A DNA stretch of 64,000 nt from Octopus vulgaris (Eukaryota): positions 17,670,001 to 17,734,000 of the forward strand of contig OX597814.1 of assembly GCA_951406725.2 (NCBI GenBank). The letters are read 5' to 3'. The number at the start of each line of letters is the position of its first letter. The first letter of the stretch is position 1. Below are positions 53,871 through 64,000 of the stretch, in pieces. The position numbers and the translations under genes are program-made. Below the pieces are notes generated by a model. The model was not told the origin of the DNA, did no database searches, and was given only the letters and a program-made list of their open reading frames with translations.

Positions 53871-54069
53871 AGAATGAGATAATGAGGTTTTTACAGGATC
53901 TTTTGACTTGCTAGAAATAGTACCCTGAAACCTCTCTCTAGTGTCTGGAAAAAAGAAAAGAGAAATAAAAGATTGGCTAACGTGGTGTTGGATGTGTCAT
54001 GTCTGAATATAAAGAGATGATGGCATGGCCAATCAATATCGTACTTTTAATCGATAAAAACAAACATGA

Positions 54070-54131
54070 ATATCGATGACAACGACAACGACAACGATGA
54101 CGATGACAGGGCAAGCAACAATGATGAGAAC

Positions 54132-54197
<66 letters not shown>

Positions 54198-54370
54198 GTG
54201 ATGGTGATGATGATGATGGTGATGATGATGATGGTGATGGTGATGATGATGATGGTGGTGGTGGTGGTGGTGGTGATGATGATGATGATGATGGTGATGG
54301 TGATGATGATGGTGATGGTGATGGTGATGGTGATGGTGGTGGTGGTGGTGATGGTGGTGGTGGTGGTGAG
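54070..54370. repeat. (GAT)n/(GGT)n compound microsatellite
   Basis: Read directly from the sequence. It is the source of the poly-Met ORF. Confidence 0.95.
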
Positions 54371-54813
54371 TGTAGTGATTTCTGTCGACTCTGCCAGAGC
54401 CGAACTTTTTTTTCAGTTGGGTAGGTGGAGGATGGTGTTGCTTAATTAAACGCCGTCTGATTCGCCTTCGTTAATTACTGGTACTCATTTCAACAATCTA
54501 GGGAGTAAGAAAAAGGAAAAAAGAATGGGAAAAAAAACGAACAAAAATGTACTTTCTATGTTGGAACAAGCAATAAACATAACTATAACATCAATAATTA
54601 CAAGAATACTACTGATGGTGATGATGATGATGATGATGATGATGACGAGGAGGAGGAGGAGGCACATGGAAGACGGAGCAAAAAAGCCGTGGAATGAGAG
54701 GAAATAAGAAAGAAGCCTTTGATTGAGAAAGCTCTTTCTTTCTAGTCACCAGACTGTAAATGTTTCTGAGATTTTAATCTCAAATTCTACAAAATTTACA
54801 TCTTCCCCCCACC

Positions 54814-54873
<60 letters not shown>

Positions 54874-54987
54874 TCTTTCTCCCTCTCTCTCTTCATTACT
54901 TTTCACAGACACATTAGGATATTGATGCAGGTCAGGCACATACAAATACGCTTACAGTTACAATGTACATACACACGCATACACATG

Positions 54988-55118
54988 TCTTTCATCCTTT
55001 CGGGGTCGATAAATTAAGTACCAGTTTCGCACTGGGGTCGATGTAATCGACTTAATCCCTTTGTCTGTCTTTGTTTGTTCCCCTCTATGTTTAGCCCCTT
55101 GTGGGTAGTAAAGAAATA
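54988..55118 (+). mobile_element. SINE family B 3' half, tail type 1
   Basis: tttcatcctttcggggtcgataaattaagtacc...tgtgggtagtaaagaaata. Confidence 0.92.
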
Positions 55119-55127
55119 TAATGTATG

Positions 55128-55229
<102 letters not shown>

Positions 55230-55231
55230 TA

Positions 55232-55388
55232 CAACAGGATTGTTTCAGTTTCCGTCTACCAAATCAACTCACAAGGCTTTGGTCGACCCGAGTCTATAGT
55301 AGAAGACACTTGCTCAAGGTGCCACGCAGTGGGACTGAACCCAGAACCATGTAGTTGGTAAGCAAGCTACTTACCAACACTCACTCCT
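55232..55388 (-). mobile_element. SINE family A 5' half
   Basis: tttcagtttccgtctaccaaatc...gccacgcagtgggactgaaccc...aagctacttacc. Confidence 0.9.
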
Positions 55389-55396
55389 TACACACA

Positions 55397-55459
<63 letters not shown>

Positions 55460-56003
55460 ATATGTATGTATGTATTTATGTATATATCATATATATGATA
55501 TATATATACATCTATGTACATATATGTATAAACATATACAATATATGTATATATATATATGTATATATATATATGTATATATAAATAAATTTATATATAT
55601 GAGTGTGTATCTATGTACACACGCTCCCACACACACACACTCACACACACAAACCACTTCGTCTCTCTTAGAAACATTAGACTATGTGTCATCATACATT
55701 CAAACTTTTATATATACATTCCCATTTGCTACGCGCGTGTGTTGTATGTGTGTTTGTGTGAGTGTGTGTGTATGTGTATGTGTGTGTTTGTGTGTTTATG
55801 TATGCTTGATTGTTGGTGTATATACGTATATATGTTTATGTAGGTTTGTTTATGATGTGTGTGTGTGTGTGTGTGTGTGTGAGTGTGTGTGTGTGTGTGT
55901 AAGCGTATATGTCCGTGTGTGGTATGTTTACATATATTTCTTCTGAATGAATGTTGTCTGAGCTTCATATATCTGAGCGAGTGTGTGTGTGTGTTTATGT
56001 TTG

Positions 56004-56073
<70 letters not shown>

Positions 56074-56174
56074 AAGTTTTGTTGACAGAAATGGAACTAG
56101 TTTGTATTTATTCTTTTGGGGTGTCTCTTTGATGTTTCAAAAAGCATCAGCAGCAACGACACAAGCTTACGAAC

Positions 56175-56194
56175 ATCATGATGGCGATGGTGAA

Positions 56195-56270
<76 letters not shown>

Positions 56271-56273
56271 TTG

Positions 56274-56305
<32 letters not shown>

Positions 56306-56348
56306 GATGATCAGGAGGAGGAGGAGGAGGTGGATGATGGCGATGATA
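56175..56348. repeat. (GAT)n microsatellite with a (GGA)n insert
   Basis: Read directly from the sequence. It is the source of the poly-Asp and poly-His ORFs. Confidence 0.95.
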
Positions 56349-56466
56349 AGAGGGTAAGACAGGATAGCTGTGAGGGTTGGTGATGTTGATGATGATGCCG
56401 CTCAAGTCATAACGACATGATAACGGGGAAAAAAATAGTTTTGATGACAATGAAAGTAATGATTTT

Positions 56467-56497
<31 letters not shown>

Positions 56498-56559
56498 TAT
56501 ACACAAACACACACAAGCACATACACACATACAAAAAGACACGCATCATGCACAGTGTT

Positions 56560-56735
56560 TTGTGTGTGCACCCTTAACAACCGATGTTGGTGTGTTTAAG
56601 TCCGCGTTACTTAGCGCTTAAAAGAGACAGATAGGATAAGTACTCTAGGCTTACAAAATTTAAGTCCTGAGGTCGATTCGTTCGACTAAAGGTGGTGCTT
56701 CAGCATGGCCACAGTCAAATCACTGAAACAAGTAT
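56560..56735 (+). mobile_element. SINE family A 3' half, diverged
   Basis: acaaccgatgttggtgtgttta...ttcgactaaaggtggtgcttcagcatggccacagtc. Confidence 0.85.
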
Positions 56736-57014
56736 TAGAAAAAAAAATACATAGAAACAGATACATTCCTACAAACAAAATCATTGAACACTCATACATA
56801 CACACATACACACATACTCAAACACATACACGCATATATAGGTATATACATTCATATATATATACATACAAACACACATATATGCGCATACGCATGCGTA
56901 CATAATTACAAACATTAGTACATATACACATATATACGTACATATATGCATATGTACATAGGTATATACACACGCACATATGTGCACACACCGCTCTATA
57001 TACCTACGTACATA

Positions 57015-57377
57015 ATACATACATACGTACATACATACATACATACATACATACGTACAAACATACATACATACGTACATACATACGTACATACATACAT
57101 ACGTACATACATACATACATACGTACATACATACGTACATACATACATACATACGTACATACGTACATACATACGTACATACATACATACATACATATAC
57201 ATACATACATACATACATACATACATACATACATACATACGTACATACATACATACGTACATACATACGTACATACATACATACATACATACGTACATAC
57301 ATACATACATACGTACATACATACATACATACATACATACATACATACGTACATACGTACATACGTACATACATACA

Positions 57378-57411
<34 letters not shown>

Positions 57412-57485
57412 CATACGTACATACATACGTACATACATACATACATACATACATACATACATACATACATACATACATACATACA

Positions 57486-57513
<28 letters not shown>
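57015..57513. repeat. About 500-bp (TACA)n array interspersed with TACG variants
   Basis: Read directly from the sequence. Confidence 0.97.
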
Positions 57514-57518
<5 letters not shown>

Positions 57519-57631
57519 CTGCTTATCCGAAAATCCACTGTCGTTGGAATCTGTCAGATTTGGGAGGAGGGAAAGGCGTAGATGCATTAATAGTGGCAGC
57601 GTTAGAGCTCTCTAGTGACGTATGTGTGTGT

Positions 57632-57664
<33 letters not shown>

Positions 57665-58065
57665 TTGTTGTTGTTGTTGTTGTTGTTGGCAGGAAAGAAA
57701 AGTGAGAGGGAGGTGGTAAACAGGTTGCTATCTTAGGAAGAGAAAGGAATAAGAAAGTATGAGACAACTCATCTTATTCACTGCTGATAGTCAGTCATGG
57801 CTGACAGTCTGCTTTTGCACGACTCAGCGACTGCTTTCCCGCCTGCCCGCACGCCCGCTCGCCCGCCCGCCTGCCTTCGTGCCTCCTGTCTCTCTGTCTG
57901 TCTGTCAGTTTGTCTGTTCCTCGCTCTCTCTCTCTCTCCCTGTCAGTCTGTCTGTCTGTGTTGGATGGATGGATGGTTGCTTGTTTTGCTGCCTCTGTTT
58001 CTTATTCTTTCTTGTGTCTAAGCTCTAAGCGGATGCTTTGGCACGCCCTACTAGCTTCGTCAGGC

Positions 58066-58110
58066 AGGGACTGGCTGCTAAATTGCAACTCCATTTTATA
58101 AGGGAGCGCG
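58066..58110 (-). promoter_or_regulatory. Candidate Pol II core promoter: TATA box plus initiator
   Basis: The minus strand has cgcgctccctTATAAAA (58100-58094) and an Inr-like CCAGTC whose A (58072) is 28 nt downstream. A GC/CpG-rich stretch follows at 57820-57880. Confidence 0.4.
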
Positions 58111-59357
58111 AGTGAATACACGCGCACATGTGTGCATGTATGTATATAGATATGTGTGTGTATGTCCCCCTCCTTTACAATCTATACATATGAATTCATA
58201 TATACATATATATACGTATATATAATCACGTGTTTGTACATATATGATAACATACGTACACATATGTATATATATATATATGCATTTTGCGCTGGTTTCC
58301 GTCAGTGTTAAGGAACCGCCTTCGAAGGTTTCATTCGATAATATCAACCCAAGAACTTATTTCAACCCGGTATTTATTCTATTGCACCATTTGGGACGAG
58401 ATGCTGTGTTACAGAATACAAAACCAAATTCTACTTAGGCCGGTGTAAACAAACACGAGCACGCAGACGCACACACACACATACACACACACACATACAC
58501 ACACACACACACACACACGAACAGGTATGTATCTTTACGGTTATATACATCATACATATATTTGCATCATCTATCCTATACAGAACAATAACTTGATATA
58601 CGCACATACGCGCACATGTACGTGCGCGCGCAACCCCCCACAGAGAAAGAGAGAGAAAAAAAAAAGAGAGAGAGAGGAAGAAAGAGAGAGAGACGCACAA
58701 ACTGATTCTGGTGTTATTCATTTACCTTTTCCCAAAAAATTCCAATGTTTATATTAGAAACAATATATTTTTTTAATATCGTTTCTCGGGGCTTCTGCTC
58801 TCCACTGCTCGTGTTTCTCCTGGCGTGTAATTTTATTTATGTATTTATTCATTGCGAGACACATTTACGAAATGAGATCCAAGGGGCATGCTGCTCTCAG
58901 ATTCTACACTAGTCTTGTACTAGAAAGCTCTCACCTCAGTATCTAGCTATGCATTCATACAGATAGCTTATAGTAAAACATTGCCTAATTATATAGAGTT
59001 CTTACAGCGATACCGCAGCACTATCATCGCTACCAAGGCAGTGCAATAGACAAAAAATATTGTGGACAAAGCTGACAGTCATTCTACAGACATATCTGGG
59101 ATGTTACCGAAAGTAAGCTGACCAATGGTATCTCAGCCGCCATTTGTCTATTGATTCCGGCCAACCAATTTGTGCGTAGAGGAATATTAGCGAGAATGAC
59201 GATTTTAGATGTTTTCACAGGCAACTCCTATTACTTTTTATGATTTAAGGGAATTGCAGATTAAATCGATAAGTGGTAATTGATTATTTAAACGAACCTC
59301 GGGATGTGGATGAGAGGAGTAGAGGAAAATGTCGATGTTCTTATTTCTTATATCTTA

Positions 59358-59586
59358 TTTCTTTATTGCCCATAAGGAGGTAAACATAGAGGGGGGACAA
59401 ACAAGGACAGACAAACGGATTAAGTCGATTATATCGACCCCAGTGCGTAACTGGTAATTATTTTATCGACTCCGAAAGGATGAAAGGCAAAATTGACCTC
59501 GGTGGAATTTGAACTCAGAACGTAACGGTAGACGAAATACCGCCAAGCATTTCGCCCGGCGCGCAAACGATTCTGCCAGCTCGCCG
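59358..59586 (-). mobile_element. SINE family B, full length, tail type 1
   Basis: Reverse complement of the consensus at 50979-51209, with an (ATAAGAA)-like tail. Confidence 0.92.
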
Positions 59587-59711
59587 ATGTTGGCAAAATT
59601 TGAACACAGAGCGACGAAACGAAACTAAGGCATTTGCGTGTGTGCGTGTGTGTATGTTCTGTGTGTGTGCGCGTGTGTGTATGTGTACGTGCATGTGTTT
59701 GGGTGCGCGTG

Positions 59712-59752
<41 letters not shown>

Positions 59753-60038
59753 TCTCCTTTAATGTTGGTTGCAATTGCTAAAACGTGGTTGTTTCCTCTT
59801 CCTCAAAGAAAAGTAAATTTTCGTCTTCTATCGTACTTAGTACATTTTTCTTTGTCCTTGGTAACGTAACAACCTGGAGAATGAGTACGGCATACGAAAG
59901 TAGAGTTCAAAAGCTTTCGTAAGCAAGCTCATTGACTTGTTACTCTAGTATTAATCTGCCTTGTCTGAAGAAGCGGCTGCATGCTAGGGAAACTGCAGAG
60001 CAGCGGCTCAATAGAGCCTTTTAAATAAAGTTTTACAC

Positions 60039-60405
<367 letters not shown>

Positions 60406-60420
60406 AATCAATCAATCTAT

Positions 60421-60494
<74 letters not shown>

Positions 60495-61486
60495 CTGTTT
60501 GCCTGTCTGTCTATCTATCTATCTCTGCTTGTCTGTCTGTCTATCTATCTATGTATCTCTCTTTGTCTGTCTGTCTATCTATCTATCTCTGTTTGTCTGT
60601 CTATCACACACACACACACACACACACATACGTATACGCAACATAGGCAAAATAGCACAAATGAAATGTGGAGAATAAGAAGTAGGCAATTGGATAACGT
60701 GAAAGGTTATAACATATAGACAACGATTAAAACGGTGGTTGACAAAATATTAACACAAACTAAAAACTATTAAATTAGCATAGAATGTTGTGGACAGTGA
60801 ATTGTCTCGGGGGAAATATACTTTATCAAAACAGAGTAAGGAAGAAATCAGCAAGAAATAAAAGAAGCAATGAAAGAAACGATACCTGTTTAAAGCACAT
60901 GTTTAACTTCTGAACACATACATACACACACATTTATATATACAGAAAATGAGGCAGATGAGAGCGAAGTAAAAATGCCAACGCTGATGAACGCAACAAA
61001 GATGAAAATGATAAATTAAAAAAAATATTAAAAGCAAACTAAAGATGTGTTTCAGTTTTACTCAGGGCAACAAATAAATCATAATAATGATAATAAATAC
61101 TCATGTAGCAAATTAACTAGGAGTATGTTGCATGAAGTTCACACAAACCCAAATTACTACATGACAATTTTCAATGTTAATTATTTTATTGGAGATCATT
61201 ATTCCCTCATTAATTTCAACTAATTATTTCCGTTTCAGCTGCCGAGATTTTCACTTGCTTCTTTCTCCACATCGCTCACACAATTCCTTTTCTTTCTTTT
61301 TCCTTTCTTTCTTTCTTTCTTTCTTTCTTTCTATTTTTCTTTCTATTTTTCTTTCTTTCTTTCTTTCTTTTTTTCTTGCATAGAAAATCGGAGTAAAAGA
61401 CAAACGCGCACACACACACATGAAAACATATATACATACAAACAAAAGTATATACATTTGTTTCGATTTATATATATATATATATA

Positions 61487-61551
<65 letters not shown>

Positions 61552-61583
61552 GCAACAAATTTTAGGTTAACTGAAATATGCTT

Positions 61584-61620
<37 letters not shown>

Positions 61621-61921
61621 GCGCGTAAACACAGACACATTCATTTAATATGTATATTTATAAATGGTAAATACGCCAGTCGCTGAAAACGACCGCTGAT
61701 CAAAGAAGAGGCATAAATGCTAGAAATAGAAGTTAAGTTGCATAAACATTACATCTTACGTGTTAACCAAAGCATGACCCATGACTTAACGGAAGTCTAG
61801 ATTAATTTTCTTGGAAAAAGGCTATTTCTTTAACCACCGACAAGACCACTGAGCTCGGTAGGAACGTGGGAGAAGTGTTTCTTCAAATCAGAAACGTGAA
61901 TCAAGTGCATACGGCAGATTA

Positions 61922-62195
61922 AATTTTGCTGAAGGCACACATTTAGCCTAGATGGCAGTGATAACCCAGGACACGGACGAAGCTTACCACACAAGCAGAC
62001 CTTCGTAGGATTTGAACTCAGAATGCAAAGAGCCGTAACAAATACCTCAAGGCATCTTTGAATTTTGCTGAAGGCACACATTTTGCCTAGATGGCAGTGA
62101 TAACCCAGGACACGGACGAAGCTTACCACACAAGCAGACCTTCGTAGGATTTGAACTCAGAATGCAAAGAGCCGTGACAAATACCTCAAGGCATC
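61922..62195. repeat. Recent two-copy tandem duplication, period 139 bp
   Basis: aattttgctgaaggcacacattt...aaatacctcaaggcatc occurs at 61922-62056 and 62061-62195 with about two substitutions. Confidence 0.95.
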
Positions 62196-63558
62196 CAGTT
62201 CCACCAATTCCCTCGGATTGGCACGATTTTTTATTGATTCCAAAGTGATGTAAGACAAAGGTGACCTCGGCGGGGTCGACACTCTTAATCGTAAAGCACA
62301 CTGTCCGACGCTCTAACGACACGGAGAATTCACTTTCTACCTAGAGGCACAGTGTTGGTAAATGGTAAAAGAAAAATATAGGCGTCGTATTAATCGATCG
62401 AAGGCCTGCTTGAACAAGTGTGACTGAAGTTAAGCATAACCATAAGAATATAACCAGCTGTGTTTTGGACAGAATCGTCTCTACACAGTATTATAGGGCA
62501 AAGAGCAGGTAACGCATAGTTAGGCTCTTACACAGGCAGATACAGATTAAGCGGATTAGCACTGGCTTCCTGGACCAATGTCGTTACATATGTGTGCTTT
62601 GGTGCTATGACTTAAGACAGCTTTGTCTTTGAGTAAACTTTAGCAAATCTTCAATACCAGTTAGATCTCTGCCATCCATCTCCGTGCATCTTTTCCAAAT
62701 ATATATTAATCTGCATATGTATTTACGGAAATAATACAAAACAAATTGAAATTAAAAGGTAGATTTATAAATTTAGCTTAGAAATAGCTTCCGCCAATTT
62801 ATGGCCGAAACGTATTGTCCTATTTTGTAATATTGTTTTAGTATTAAGCAAACTAGGTTCGATTTTGACAAGCAGCCATCTTAGGTCGATATAACTATTG
62901 CAGTATGGTTTATATATCTTTTTTTCATTCTTTCTTTCTTTCTTTCTCTTTTTCTCTCTCTATCGTTATCTCTTTCTTTCCTTCTTTCTTTCCACTCCTC
63001 TTCCCTTCCGGCTTCTGTTTCCGACCTCTGTCTCTCCCTTTGCCTCTTCGCCTCACTTTCTCCCACACATATACGTACGCACTCTCACAATTTTGAATTC
63101 TGTTCTTGTCTAGCACAGGGTCACCAGAACTATGATGAAAGGATTTCCTGAAAGAAAAATATCTAGGACTTATTATCCGATATATTTTGATTTTGATTAC
63201 AGTATGGTGTCATTTAAGGAAGTCTTAGCTGCTGTTTCAAACAGGTTGTGTGCTCGAAAAAGAAGTACCTTTTTTTAGGAACATTTACGTATAAAAGCAA
63301 ATGTGTGTCGACAAGCAAAGAAAATACAATACTTCCATCTTTCATCTCAATGTTAGGTAATAAATGCATAACCAGACAGTTTCGAAAACCCCAATGGAAT
63401 GTATAGGTAGTAAATTCATAAATAATATAGCAAAAAGTCGTAAAAATATTTGCTAGAACATAAATAATTGAATTACGAGATATTATCGACCGATTTATAT
63501 CATCCTCTTTCAAAGGAAATGTTCGTAGATTGAGTATATATGTGAGTGTGCGTGTGTG

Positions 63559-63628
<70 letters not shown>

Positions 63629-63655
63629 CATATATATATATATGTATATATATAC

Positions 63656-63708
<53 letters not shown>

Positions 63709-63761
63709 CATACAAATACATTTATCTATACTTATATATGTGTATATATAAATATGTATAC

Positions 63762-63833
<72 letters not shown>

Positions 63834-63889
63834 CTTCAAATGAAATGTGCGTAGATTAAGTGTATATGTATATGTGCACATATATGAAC

Positions 63890-63944
<55 letters not shown>

Positions 63945-64000
63945 CGTGTGCGTATGTATACACACATGTATGTATATATACACATACTTGATCTACATAC

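Noticed and set aside
58091-58103. CCATTTTATAAGG as an SRF CArG box
   Set aside because: It has nine A/T bases between CC and GG, not six. It is better read as a minus-strand TATA box.

Overview
Eukaryotic, AT-rich, non-coding window that is saturated with microsatellites: (TA)n, (CA)n, (GA)n, (GATA)n, (TACA)n and trinucleotide tracts. The tRNA-headed SINE families and the repeat density look like a coleoid cephalopod, most likely Octopus; this is inferred from pattern recognition, not from a database match. Almost every ORF in the supplied track is a translated microsatellite, and no intact host protein-coding gene can be supported. The recognisable content is mobile DNA: dozens of copies of several modular SINE families (some nested, two with clear target-site duplications), a full-length but dead Hsmar1/cecropia-like mariner (20660-21917), a 3' fragment of a second Tc1/mariner-superfamily transposon, an 81-bp MITE, a complete non-autonomous Helitron, a CR1-type LINE fragment and a 5S rRNA retrocopy abutting a SINE tail. 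Most worth following up: (i) a 5'-truncated retroelement whose three copies all sit in (GATA)n arrays in the same polarity and whose 3' end resembles a SINE tail; (ii) minimal hammerhead-ribozyme motifs in Penelope-like fragments; (iii) the 5S-SINE chimera; (iv) head/body/tail shuffling among SINEs and a SINE that seeds microsatellites; (v) a candidate TATA+Inr promoter on the minus strand near 58.1 kb, a pre-miRNA-like hairpin and a few weak orphan exon candidates. Family labels A-D are my own. Coordinates were read by eye, and degenerate repeat ends are approximate.
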